DNA of 64,000 nt from a virus: positions 32,001 to 96,000 of the IMG/VR virus record IMGVR_UViG_3300027971_000031. The stretch is one strand, 5' to 3'. Shown piece after piece: positions 38,116 to 47,901 of this stretch. The notes below the pieces were generated by a model. It ran no database searches. It saw only the letters and a list, made by a program, of their open reading frames with translations, and was not told where the DNA came from. Position 1 is the first letter of the stretch. Each line of letters starts with the position of its first letter. The translations under genes and the position numbers were made by a program.

Positions 38116-38538
38116 TTATATTTTTTTTAAATCAAATCTCATAGTTATTGACTCTTGATTAAATCCATTTTTTTTATAAAAATTAATCCTTTCAGGAAAA
38201 CAAGATAAAATTATTTTATAACACCCAAAATTTTCAGCCTTTTTAATTAATTCTTGTATTAATTGAGAACCAATGTTATTTCCTCTATAATCCTCTCTAA
38301 CTACAACATCTTCAATACATCCAGCAATACCACCATTACGAATAATTTTTTGTTGTAAATGTAAAGTTGCAGAACCAACAATTTCACCATTAAACTCGGC
38401 AACTACCATGTGATTATCATTATTAAACCATTTATCTAATGTTGATTCGTTTATTTCATCAACTGACCACACTTCTTTAAGTGTTTTTAATAACCCGTTT
38501 GTTGAGTCATTTCTTTCAAAATCACGAATAACTAACAT
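38116..38538 (-). CDS. Glucosamine-6-phosphate N-acetyltransferase (GNA1-type GNAT)
   Basis: QKIIRNGGIAGCIEDVVV...YRG..IG...GCYKIILSC...FYKKNGF. Confidence 0.8.
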   Translation of the reverse strand: MLVIRDFERNDSTNGLLKTLKEVWSVDEINESTLDKWFNNDNHMVVAEFNGEIVGSATLHLQQKIIRNGGIAGCIEDVVVREDYRGNNIGSQLIQELIKKAENFGCYKIILSCFPERINFYKKNGFNQESITMRFDLKKI

Positions 38539-38539
38539 A

Positions 38540-39697
38540 TCAATTTAAATTTTTATTTATTTCTATAACTTTTTCTATGATGTATTTCACATCATCGTCA
38601 TTTAAGTTCATATGTAATGGTAGTGTTATTAATTTTTCAGAGATAGTTAAAGAGTTTGGACAAGTACCAAATCCGTGTTTATACATTTTATAATTGGTAT
38701 TGTCTCTATAGTGAACTCCAGGATAAATTCCGTTTGAGTTTAATAGTTCCATAAATTTATTTCTTTGATTAACAACAATTTGAAATAAATGTCTTGATGA
38801 CAATACACAATCTTTATGAGTTTTTATAGTTTGAATTCCATGTTTGGTTAATTCTTTTTCATAATTTTCACAGATTTCTCTTCTTCTGTTATTATCTTCG
38901 TCAAGATATTTTAAACCAACTAATGCCATTGATGCCATAATTGAGTTTCCGTGGTATTTGTAACCAACGTCAACTAAATCATATTCCCACTTATAATTTC
39001 CTTTGTCATTACTTCTTTGGTATGTGTCTTTATCAATACCTAACCAAGATAGTTTTCTAACTAAAGTATCGTAGTCCTCATTTGTAAAACAAATCATACC
39101 CGAATCTGCCGTTGGTAAGTTTTTAACGGCTTGGAAACTAAATACGGTTACGTCAGCTCCATGACCAACATGTTCAACGTCACCTGTTGATGGATTTTTT
39201 GCAAATGTACCTGACATGTGTGCTGCATCTAAAATTAACTTTAACTTATGTTTCTTACATAAGTCAATAATTTTATAAAGTTCACCAGTATTACCTCCAA
39301 TACCAATAAACAAAACTGCCTTTGTTTTTTTAGTTATTTTTGATTCTACTGATTCAGGGTCTAAACACAAGTGTTCATCAACATCTGCAAATACAGGTTT
39401 TAAATTTTCATACATTATTGCATGATTTGACGATACAAATGTTAATGGACTTGTAATGATTTCATCGTCATCCGACCATTTATTAGTATCTTTTAATATT
39501 TTGATTGCCAAATGGAGACCTGAAGTATTTGAGTTTATAAAATGGGCGTAAGGTAATCCTGTGTAAGATTTCCATTCATTTTCAATTTCAACGGTTTTAA
39601 ATCCTAAACCAGTCCACCCTTTGTCTAAACAAGTTGACATGTGTTCAAAAATTTCTTCGTTTCTAAATTTTGGGATAAATAATTGTATGTTTTTCAT
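38540..39697 (-). CDS. DegT/DnrJ/EryC1/StrS sugar aminotransferase
   Basis: NSNTSGLHLA, TFVSS, DAAH, SFQAVKNL (catalytic Lys), GYKYH, GVHY. Confidence 0.9.
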   Translation of the reverse strand: MKNIQLFIPKFRNEEIFEHMSTCLDKGWTGLGFKTVEIENEWKSYTGLPYAHFINSNTSGLHLAIKILKDTNKWSDDDEIITSPLTFVSSNHAIMYENLKPVFADVDEHLCLDPESVESKITKKTKAVLFIGIGGNTGELYKIIDLCKKHKLKLILDAAHMSGTFAKNPSTGDVEHVGHGADVTVFSFQAVKNLPTADSGMICFTNEDYDTLVRKLSWLGIDKDTYQRSNDKGNYKWEYDLVDVGYKYHGNSIMASMALVGLKYLDEDNNRRREICENYEKELTKHGIQTIKTHKDCVLSSRHLFQIVVNQRNKFMELLNSNGIYPGVHYRDNTNYKMYKHGFGTCPNSLTISEKLITLPLHMNLNDDDVKYIIEKVIEINKNLN

Positions 39698-40410
39698 ATT
39701 AAAAATTTTTTATTGCAATACTCAATATCTTTATAAAGTAAATCACTTTGTTTTAATGCCCATTGGCTAGTTAATGTATGGTCTCCAATTCCAACGGATA
39801 TTCTATAATCTTTTAAAACACCCGGATAACCATATTTTATAAACATACGATACCAAAGTTCACAATCAATCATATATAAAACTTCAGTGTCAAAATATTC
39901 ATCACGAGGTATTAATCCAACACTTGGACAACCAACAAAGTTAATGCCCCTTATTAAATGTCTACCATCACCTTCAATTCTAGGAATGATTGGATTTGTC
40001 CAACTTCCATTTCCATAATCATAATGAATGCATCCACTGATAACCCATTTACCTTCATTTAATAATAAATTAACCATTAGTTGTAATGTATCTTCACCAA
40101 CAATAAAATCATCTAAATTCATCAATTTGATGTAATCCCCACTAGAATTTTTAATGGCGTTATTAGTATTGTGAGCAGGAAACCCAATATTCTCGGTGTT
40201 TCTTAAATACACAATATTATCTAACCCTAACCCTTTAATGTAGTTCTCAATATCATCATTTTTTGAATGGTCGGAAATTACAATTTCCATATTTTTATAT
40301 GTTTGAGAAAGAATTGATTGGATATTTTTATTGATAAATTCAACACCTCTACCATTTGCTTCATATGATGGAATACATATTGAAATTTTTGGAGTAAAGT
40401 TTTCAGACAT
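39694..40410 (-). CDS. Glycosyltransferase family 2
   Basis: ISICIPSY, SILSQTY, IVISD, GDYIKLMNLDD, GCPS, DCELW. Confidence 0.85.
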   Translation of the reverse strand: MSENFTPKISICIPSYEANGRGVEFINKNIQSILSQTYKNMEIVISDHSKNDDIENYIKGLGLDNIVYLRNTENIGFPAHNTNNAIKNSSGDYIKLMNLDDFIVGEDTLQLMVNLLLNEGKWVISGCIHYDYGNGSWTNPIIPRIEGDGRHLIRGINFVGCPSVGLIPRDEYFDTEVLYMIDCELWYRMFIKYGYPGVLKDYRISVGIGDHTLTSQWALKQSDLLYKDIEYCNKKFLI

Positions 40411-41122
40411 TTTGTAATAAATTATATTGTAGTTTATTTCTAATTATGTTTACGGTTGAACTTACTTTATTCATATTAACTTTGTGGTCATTTAATGGGT
40501 TTGACTCATTGTATATATATAACACATTTGGAATATATTTAAAGTGATTTTCTCCCGACATTTCTAACATTGGAAACATAAATGATAAATCACCTGCAAC
40601 ACTCCAATAATTTCCACTATTATCTTTTAAATCTTCTTCTTTAATTTTTTTCCATAACCAAGACTTCCATGTTCTCATATGGGACAATGTAAAAGTTTGT
40701 TTTCTAATATCTGTAAATTTTTTTGGAGGATTTGCAAACCCTGGCCGACCATCATGATACTTAAAAGAACCACTTGTCATCCAAACGTTTTCATCTTTAT
40801 AAACGTCATCTATGAACGATAAAACATTTGAATTGGGTAACCAATCGTCACCATCAATCTCAACACATATTTCATTATCAGGAATATTTAAACCACGAAT
40901 TACTTGGTCGTAATTACCAGGTTGATACATTTTTTCTTTATTCTCAATTAGGATAAATCTTTCATCACCTAATATAGTTTTCTTTATTACATTAACCGTA
41001 TTATCGGTTGACATGTCATCTGTAATATAACATTTAAAATCTTTAAATCTTTGTGTCATAATTGTTAGCAAAGATTTTTCTACATAATTTTCACAATTAT
41101 ATGTTGTGGTTAATATTATCAT
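40403..41122 (-). CDS. Glycosyltransferase family 2
   Basis: TTYNCENYV, DDMSTD, IDGDDWL, SHMRT, LYIYN. Confidence 0.85.
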   Translation of the reverse strand: MIILTTTYNCENYVEKSLLTIMTQRFKDFKCYITDDMSTDNTVNVIKKTILGDERFILIENKEKMYQPGNYDQVIRGLNIPDNEICVEIDGDDWLPNSNVLSFIDDVYKDENVWMTSGSFKYHDGRPGFANPPKKFTDIRKQTFTLSHMRTWKSWLWKKIKEEDLKDNSGNYWSVAGDLSFMFPMLEMSGENHFKYIPNVLYIYNESNPLNDHKVNMNKVSSTVNIIRNKLQYNLLQNV

Positions 41123-42279
41123 TATAAATTAATTACTATTCCTTCAGGTTTTGTACCTGGCTTATAAAATTTTAATCTACCGTTATATGATTCAGATAAT
41201 GAATTTAGATTGGTAGATACTTCGGAGATTTCAATAACATTTACACTATATCCATCACTTAGTAATTCAATACACAATTTGAATTGTTGAGATTCTTCAA
41301 CAATATTAGAACCTTTCTTATATGTTATATGGTTCATAACAAATGGGATTTCTTTATTTGGATTTTTTTGTGTGTAATATTTTTTAATAAATAAAATATG
41401 AGATTTATTAAATTGATTAACACTTGAAATTAAATCAGTACCCGCACCAACACTATCGGCAAAATGTTTTAATGATTTATTGTCCCCATTAATTGTTGGA
41501 CCACCAAAACCAAACCCATAGTTCATGTGTTTTTTACCAATTCCTGAATCACCTCCAATTGCGTTTAATACCATATTAACCTCATCTTCAATACCTGATT
41601 TAGTGATAATTTCACCTAACATATTGGCGTAACTAATTTTTGCAGATAAAAAAGAATTAATTCCAATCTTTGTCAATTCCGCAGCTTTTGATGACATGGA
41701 ATAAACATTAACAAGAACTTTTTTAATTTTGGTGTGTAACTGAATTAAATCATTTGTTAATTCTTGGTATTCACTACCAATCAAAACCATTTCATGATTT
41801 TCAATATCTTTAACAATTTCACCTTCATTTGTAAAGAATGGGTTGTAAGCAACCTGAACATTAAACATGTTTAATCTTTGTTGTATTTGTTCCACTTCGC
41901 CAGGATTTGTGGTAGAACATATAACCACTTTCTTATTATGAATAGGAACATTTTGTGATGATAAACTATAAAATTCTGAAATTATATCAAACACTTTTGT
42001 TGTGTCGTAGTTACCCTCAATATTAGATGGGGTTTGTGAAAAAATAAAAATGATATCAGAATTTTTAATCACATCTAAATTACTTGTCGTTGCACTAAAT
42101 TTTTTAGTGTTAAATAACATAGATTGAATTAATGGTTCATTTGTAATACAAATCTTTTGATTAAGATTAAAAATATAATCTTCATCCATATTTGAAACTA
42201 AAACGTCATATCCATTTTTTTCACATAATAAACCAAACGACAACCCAACGTCATTAATACCAATAACACCTAATTTCAT
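41122..42279 (-). CDS. UDP-glucose/GDP-mannose dehydrogenase-like protein lacking catalytic Cys
   Basis: TPS, CSTTNPG, YNP.F...G, AELTK...NSFL..KISYAN, GFGFGGPT (Cys replaced by Thr), YKKG....EES. Confidence 0.75.
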   Translation of the reverse strand: MKLGVIGINDVGLSFGLLCEKNGYDVLVSNMDEDYIFNLNQKICITNEPLIQSMLFNTKKFSATTSNLDVIKNSDIIFIFSQTPSNIEGNYDTTKVFDIISEFYSLSSQNVPIHNKKVVICSTTNPGEVEQIQQRLNMFNVQVAYNPFFTNEGEIVKDIENHEMVLIGSEYQELTNDLIQLHTKIKKVLVNVYSMSSKAAELTKIGINSFLSAKISYANMLGEIITKSGIEDEVNMVLNAIGGDSGIGKKHMNYGFGFGGPTINGDNKSLKHFADSVGAGTDLISSVNQFNKSHILFIKKYYTQKNPNKEIPFVMNHITYKKGSNIVEESQQFKLCIELLSDGYSVNVIEISEVSTNLNSLSESYNGRLKFYKPGTKPEGIVINL

Positions 42280-43913
42280 TATGAAAGAATTTTAAGATAT
42301 TCGTCTTTAATTTGTTGAGCAACACCCATAGTATAATATTTCTCAATATCTGTTGGTGGTTCGTATTTTTTTTTGGAAAGGATAAATCCACCTTTATCGA
42401 CTTTATAAATCCAACTTGATTTACCACACATCCAACTTTCAATTGTTGTTCTACCTAATTGGATTCCTGCTGTTTCATAAGCCTTTAAGATGAAATCCTC
42501 AACCTTCCAAGTTGATGGGAAATGTTTGACGTGGTCTTCCAACAAAACATTTTCCAAATAATTTCCATTATTTTCTCCAACTAACCAAAGTTCTTTTCCA
42601 ATCTCTCTGGTATATTCAATTAAATCTAAGATTGATTCTTTTCTCAAATAATCTATGGTACCAACAAATAACACATAATTTTCTGTCGATGCGTTTTTAG
42701 ATTTAAATTTCTCATTATCTATAGGATTATAAATAATGTTAATCATCTCTTCAGGTATTTCAAAGTTATCAACCATGTGTTCTTTAATCTCAGGACGAAT
42801 GGCAATGTATTTTTTAATTGTTGGGTCAACAACTGGGTCTTCTAACGAAATGACCTCAGAGTGAATACTACAAATCTTATCCAATTCAGGATACATATTT
42901 AAAATTCGTTCTGCAACAGGTTTGTGTTGGAAGTGGATTATATCATAATCTACTTCTGCAACACGGTATAATGCATTTGGTGTTGATGGTTTAAATCCTT
43001 CAGGAGTATTTGTTCCCCACTGTCCGTCACCAAGTTTGAAACCTGGCGCATTTTCAAATGAAACACATTTAATCCCAAGTTTTTTTGCCATGTCAGTTAC
43101 AGGACCACCAATTTGTGAAAGAACCGTAACACTACAATTTAACTTGATTAAACTTTTTGCCAATTCAAAAACATATAATTCTGAACCTGTAAAATTTCTA
43201 AATGAAATACAAGATAATAATACTTTTAATCTTCTATTTGGGTCAAACGGAATTTTGTTTGGTAAATTATCTTTATATTTTTGAACGAAAAAATTTCTAT
43301 TATCTTCCCATTGGTCATTGGTTTGACCAATAGACTTATGAGTTATTCTGATGTTGGTGATTACACCAACTTTAACACCTTCTAAATGATTTCTAAAACA
43401 AAACGCAATATCATAAAAGTGAAACCCTTCAAACTCTTCATCAAATGTGTGTTTAATTCTTGATTTACTTAACGCGATAAATAAACCATCAACAATAACT
43501 GTTTGTCTAATTGACTTACCTAAATCATCTGAATATTTTGAAGTCCATTTCTTTCCTTCACTTTCGTGGTTAACAATACCAATCATATCTTTTCTACGAT
43601 TAGTCTCCCACCATCTACCAGTGTCAGACATGTTGGTTGTACCTGCAACTCCTAAAATACCAAAATCACTTTTTTCAAAATGAGTTTTAATTTTGTGAAA
43701 CCAACTTGGGGTATCAAAATAAATGTCATCATGACAAAGAACAACGATATCTGTCGTTGATTCCTCAAGAATTTCATTATAAACTTGAGACAGTGATTTC
43801 TCTCCGTTATTAATCTTTTCAATAACTTCTATTTTTTTAAACCCCGAACTTTTCTTTAAGTACTCAATAAATTGAGGGTTATGTTCTCTTGTTGAATATC
43901 CTACTGTAATCAT
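42279..43913 (-). CDS. Bifunctional glycosyltransferase (GT2-like N-domain + GT-B C-domain)
   Basis: SLSQVYN...VLCHDD..GVAG..DGLF..FDE.F.GFHFYD, then FTGSELY..ELA ... GRT.IE...CG. Confidence 0.8.
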   Translation of the reverse strand: MITVGYSTREHNPQFIEYLKKSSGFKKIEVIEKINNGEKSLSQVYNEILEESTTDIVVLCHDDIYFDTPSWFHKIKTHFEKSDFGILGVAGTTNMSDTGRWWETNRRKDMIGIVNHESEGKKWTSKYSDDLGKSIRQTVIVDGLFIALSKSRIKHTFDEEFEGFHFYDIAFCFRNHLEGVKVGVITNIRITHKSIGQTNDQWEDNRNFFVQKYKDNLPNKIPFDPNRRLKVLLSCISFRNFTGSELYVFELAKSLIKLNCSVTVLSQIGGPVTDMAKKLGIKCVSFENAPGFKLGDGQWGTNTPEGFKPSTPNALYRVAEVDYDIIHFQHKPVAERILNMYPELDKICSIHSEVISLEDPVVDPTIKKYIAIRPEIKEHMVDNFEIPEEMINIIYNPIDNEKFKSKNASTENYVLFVGTIDYLRKESILDLIEYTREIGKELWLVGENNGNYLENVLLEDHVKHFPSTWKVEDFILKAYETAGIQLGRTTIESWMCGKSSWIYKVDKGGFILSKKKYEPPTDIEKYYTMGVAQQIKDEYLKILS

Positions 43914-43923
43914 TTTTTAATTT

Positions 43924-44544
43924 TTAAATTCCCGTACTACCAAATCCATTATCGCCTCTATCTTTTTCATTAAGAGTATCGACTTGTTCAAATCTTACGT
44001 ATTTTCCATTTATTACGGGACACAATACCGCTTGAGCAACTTTCATACCTTTAGGTATCATCACGGTGTGATTATTTGTGTTAAACACAATTACTTGTAT
44101 TTCACCTGTATATCCTTGGTCAACAGTCCCTGGTGTGTTAAGAACTGTTAATCCTTGTTTAATGGCTAAACCACTCTTGGGTCTAACTTGAATTTCATAG
44201 CCCTCTTGGAAAGAAACTTTAATACCTGTTGGAACTAAAATTCTACCAAACGGACCAATTGTTAAATCTTGTGTTGAGTGTAAGTCAAATCCTGAATCCG
44301 ATGGATAGGCATATTTTGGAAAAACGGCATCATTATTAACCAATTCAACCTCAACAAATTTTGTTTTAGCGTTGATTGCAATCTGTTCGTCTAAATCATC
44401 GAAATCAATACCAAAAAGGTCTTCAAATTCTTTTTGATTTTCATCATCAGGTTCAATACCTGCTTCAAGTTTAATTTTTTCAAATTGTTTTAAAATTTCT
44501 TCGTAAATTTTTGGGTCATAACCCAATTGATTCATGTTGTCCAT
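43924..44544 (-). CDS. dut: dUTPase (trimeric) with acidic N-terminal extension
   Basis: SGFDL, VPTG, QVRPKSGLA, NTPGTVDQGYTGEI, AQAV, RGDNGFGSTG. Confidence 0.95.
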   Translation of the reverse strand: MDNMNQLGYDPKIYEEILKQFEKIKLEAGIEPDDENQKEFEDLFGIDFDDLDEQIAINAKTKFVEVELVNNDAVFPKYAYPSDSGFDLHSTQDLTIGPFGRILVPTGIKVSFQEGYEIQVRPKSGLAIKQGLTVLNTPGTVDQGYTGEIQVIVFNTNNHTVMIPKGMKVAQAVLCPVINGKYVRFEQVDTLNEKDRGDNGFGSTGI

Positions 44545-45245
44545 TATTTTAAATCTATTAATTTTTTTATTACATCAATTAACACCGACACATCTTTTTC
44601 ACAATATTTCACAATACCTTCAATATCTTTTTTAACCCAAAAAGCTTCGTGTACTTTATTACCCGTTATCTCCATTGTTTTTGATGATTCAACACCTAAA
44701 CAAACACACATAAGTTCAAGAGATGCGATGGAACCATATCCACCATATTGCCAAACTTCTTTTGTATCCAAAGCTTTAATTTCCCATGGTTTTGTATCGT
44801 GACCAGGTAAAATCTTTGGCGGCATAATTCCATTCATAATCATACGTTTTGCCAACATTGGAATATCAAATCCTTTAACATTATGACCACATAAAAAGAA
44901 ACCAAGTTCACCAATTCTATATAAAAGTTTTTGAACTTCTAACAACATTTTTTTCTCATCAATATCGCTAAATGATTGCATTTTAACTTCACCCTTTTCT
45001 GTTACGAACGCAACACTGACACAGGCGATTCTTGCAAATTCAGGAACTAATGCTGAACGATTAACGAACATTTGACCAACCCCGTTGGCTCCGTCTTCAG
45101 GAAATCGTTTTTGAAACCAATCAAAATAATGTTCGAATTGGAATGAAAGAGCTTCATTGTGTTTAACTAATGAATCCCAATCAGGTTGGACACCAACAGT
45201 TTCAATGTCCAAAAATAAAATTTTAGTTAATGGTATGTTAATCAT
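44544..45245 (-). CDS. PolB-like 3'-5' exonuclease (DnaQ superfamily)
   Basis: FLDIETV, PEFARIACVS, GHNVKGFDIP, KPWE...DT, YCEKDV. Confidence 0.85.
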   Translation of the reverse strand: MINIPLTKILFLDIETVGVQPDWDSLVKHNEALSFQFEHYFDWFQKRFPEDGANGVGQMFVNRSALVPEFARIACVSVAFVTEKGEVKMQSFSDIDEKKMLLEVQKLLYRIGELGFFLCGHNVKGFDIPMLAKRMIMNGIMPPKILPGHDTKPWEIKALDTKEVWQYGGYGSIASLELMCVCLGVESSKTMEITGNKVHEAFWVKKDIEGIVKYCEKDVSVLIDVIKKLIDLK

Positions 45246-45246
45246 A

Positions 45247-46461
45247 TTATTTAATTAAAGATTTGTAATATTCAGCTCTATTTTTTGTAACGTTATTTAA
45301 ATCATATGTGTCTTTAACAGTTTCATATAATCTTTCACCCATATCGTTTACTAAGTTAGGGTTATCAACCAATTTCTTAATGTATTTTGCCCAATCAGAG
45401 TGATTTCTATTTTCATTTACTAACATAGCATTTCCATCAACAAAATTACCGTGTTCTAAACAATGTTTTAAATCGATGGTATATGGACCTAAATCAGAAG
45501 TAATTAACGCCTTCTTATAAAATCCCGCTTCAATTACTTTCAATTGTGATTTCATTCGGTTAAACATTGTATTTTTGATTGGTGCCAAAGATACATCAAA
45601 TTTTGAATAATTTTTTGCGTAAGATGTAACGGGTTGTGTCCAAACTCTCACGTACGATTCATTGTATTGGTTCGGATAAACTTCTTGAGTATATTTTAAC
45701 AAATATTTTTTATATTCTTCGGAAACTAATGAATGGTTTTGTGTAAATATTTTTTCATATTGAGCCCAAACAGTTTCATGAGGTAAAATGTCTCTTTTTT
45801 TATGTTCACCTGTTTGTTGATTGATTTCAGTCACACTTCCTCTTGTGTCAAATCCACACAAAACAAATTGTAATTTATCTTTAAGATTTGTTATTTTACC
45901 AAAAGGTTGGTCTAATAACTGAATATCATGTAAGTGTGATGAACCACCTAACCATCCGACTCTTAATCGGTCTGATTCTAATGTTGGTTCTTTAAATTGG
46001 GGTTCATTTGGATTAATTGCGTTTGGAAAAACAACAACATTTTTATTAAACTTTCTAATTTCATTTGCAAAGATTTCTGTTGTTGTTGTAACATATGAGG
46101 CAACTTTAAGATTTGCAACAATCTTTTCATTAATCTTATTAAATTTAATGATATCGTGAATAGGGTGTTCTTTGCCTGGCATCCAATAATCGTCAATGTC
46201 CGCAATTGTGATTATACCTAATGAATTTAATTTTTGAATTAATTCATGTGCTCTTTCAAAATCAGGACCAATACTTCTGTGAAAAGTAACTATTTGATAC
46301 TGTTTCCAAAAGTTCATATCATCATATGATGGTTCATAATCAATATCCACATGGAAATCATCACCATATAAATTTTGTAAGAATACGTGAGGGTCAACCG
46401 ACCTAAATTTACCAACTCCTGTTCTATCGGATGGTACGACTAAGACTTTAATTTTCGACAT
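45247..46461 (-). CDS. GT-B fold glycosyltransferase
   Basis: GVGKFRS..PH, DIDDYW, VGWLGGSSH.HD, DVSLAP...FNRMKSQLKVIEAG. Confidence 0.8.
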   Translation of the reverse strand: MSKIKVLVVPSDRTGVGKFRSVDPHVFLQNLYGDDFHVDIDYEPSYDDMNFWKQYQIVTFHRSIGPDFERAHELIQKLNSLGIITIADIDDYWMPGKEHPIHDIIKFNKINEKIVANLKVASYVTTTTEIFANEIRKFNKNVVVFPNAINPNEPQFKEPTLESDRLRVGWLGGSSHLHDIQLLDQPFGKITNLKDKLQFVLCGFDTRGSVTEINQQTGEHKKRDILPHETVWAQYEKIFTQNHSLVSEEYKKYLLKYTQEVYPNQYNESYVRVWTQPVTSYAKNYSKFDVSLAPIKNTMFNRMKSQLKVIEAGFYKKALITSDLGPYTIDLKHCLEHGNFVDGNAMLVNENRNHSDWAKYIKKLVDNPNLVNDMGERLYETVKDTYDLNNVTKNRAEYYKSLIK

Positions 46462-46515
46462 TTTAATTATTATATTTCTTAAAATATAGTAATTACTATC
46501 GAATAAAGAAAGGTG

Positions 46516-47157
46516 TTATGACAATTTTTTAATTTTTGTGACCTTACCTTCGAATACGTGTTTACCTACTTTAAAGTTAAACACCTCGTTAGATTTTTCG
46601 GAACTTTCAACTACTAAACCATTCTCTTTTAAAGCATTGTTAACCGCTTCATTAATCATTTTTTGAATTAATTTGTAATCAATACCTCCATTAGGGTTTG
46701 ATTGAGGTTGTTGTTGTGTGGTTTGTTTTGGTTTTGCGGATTCAGGTATGTAACCACCACCAGTTTGTTTCATTAATCTCGATGCTTTTTCAATAAGTTC
46801 GTTAGATATTGTAGTTGGCTGTTGTTGAGGTTGTCCAATTGGGTGTTCCATCATCAATCTCTTAATCTCATCAGGTAATTTAGAGTTTTTAATTGCATCT
46901 ACCGTTGGAACTCCAACAGGTTTAGTATTTTCTCTTGGTATGTTAGATAAGTAAGGTTGTTGTGTTTGTTCTGATTCCTGTAAAAATTCTGCAGGAATGT
47001 TATATTTTGCCGTTGGTATATTAAATGATTCTGGAGAATTCATTTGTTGTAATGATGTTGGAGGTAATCCTCCATTCATAGAATTACTATTTTTAATTCC
47101 GTCTGCTTTATCCATAATTGCTTTTGATAAAGCTAATTTTTCCATTAAATTGCTCAT
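46516..47157 (-). CDS. Hypothetical protein
   Basis: 213-aa ORF with Q/P-rich linker and NSKLPDEIK motif. Confidence 0.75.
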   Translation of the reverse strand: MSNLMEKLALSKAIMDKADGIKNSNSMNGGLPPTSLQQMNSPESFNIPTAKYNIPAEFLQESEQTQQPYLSNIPRENTKPVGVPTVDAIKNSKLPDEIKRLMMEHPIGQPQQQPTTISNELIEKASRLMKQTGGGYIPESAKPKQTTQQQPQSNPNGGIDYKLIQKMINEAVNNALKENGLVVESSEKSNEVFNFKVGKHVFEGKVTKIKKLS

Positions 47158-47163
47158 ATTATA

Positions 47164-47604
47164 TTATATTTCTTCTTCAGGTGTATTTGGTTCTGTTGGA
47201 GGTTGTGGAGTTGGGGGGTTATTATCAAATTTTGCATTAATAATAACACTAACCATACTTTTGTCTCCATTAAAATTATAACCAGGTTTAGGTTCATTGT
47301 AAACCTCACCTGTTGGTTTGTTTGATAGTATTTTATCCAATCTGAATAATCTCCAACCTGGTAATGGTTGTTCGCCCTTATAACCAGTATGCGACGCACC
47401 TTCAGTATCCCAAGCTCTTAAAACTTTATTTCCTGCTTTACTAACTCCTAAGCACACAGGTTCAATTTGACGTATACCTCTACCACCTGGCTCATCACCA
47501 TCATAATAGATTATAACAACTTTTCGTCCTTTGATAGCATCAACTATACTATCCAAAGAAGCAATTTCACAAATTAAACCTTTTAATGCTCCTTGAAGTT
47601 TCAT
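47164..47604 (-). CDS. Stand-alone WYL domain protein
   Basis: AIKGRKVVIIYY...GIRQIEPVCLG....N.VLRAW.....WRLFRLDKI. Confidence 0.8.
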   Translation of the reverse strand: MKLQGALKGLICEIASLDSIVDAIKGRKVVIIYYDGDEPGGRGIRQIEPVCLGVSKAGNKVLRAWDTEGASHTGYKGEQPLPGWRLFRLDKILSNKPTGEVYNEPKPGYNFNGDKSMVSVIINAKFDNNPPTPQPPTEPNTPEEEI

Positions 47605-47897
47605 TAGAAATTAGGATATGTTTTCGATTGGTTATATTGATTAATTTTTATTTCGCTCTTTCTTTCAACAACGTCATTTATTGTTCCAGCGTTTACGTTA
47701 TAAACATCTAAAAAAACTCCTGTACCTCTACCTAAATCATCACCATCGGCGAGGGCATCTTTATTAACTACGGAATATTCGTTTCCTACTTTATTGTAGT
47801 CATTTTTAGGGATTAATTTTGCTCTCTCTTGGTCTGCAATTGCGCTAAGAGCGTTTGGTTCTGTTTGGTTTAAATCTACCGTGATTTGAGTTGACAT
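47604..47897 (-). CDS. Hypothetical protein
   Basis: 97-aa ORF coupled to WYL gene. Confidence 0.7.
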   Translation of the reverse strand: MSTQITVDLNQTEPNALSAIADQERAKLIPKNDYNKVGNEYSVVNKDALADGDDLGRGTGVFLDVYNVNAGTINDVVERKSEIKINQYNQSKTYPNF

Positions 47898-47901
47898 AAT
47901 T

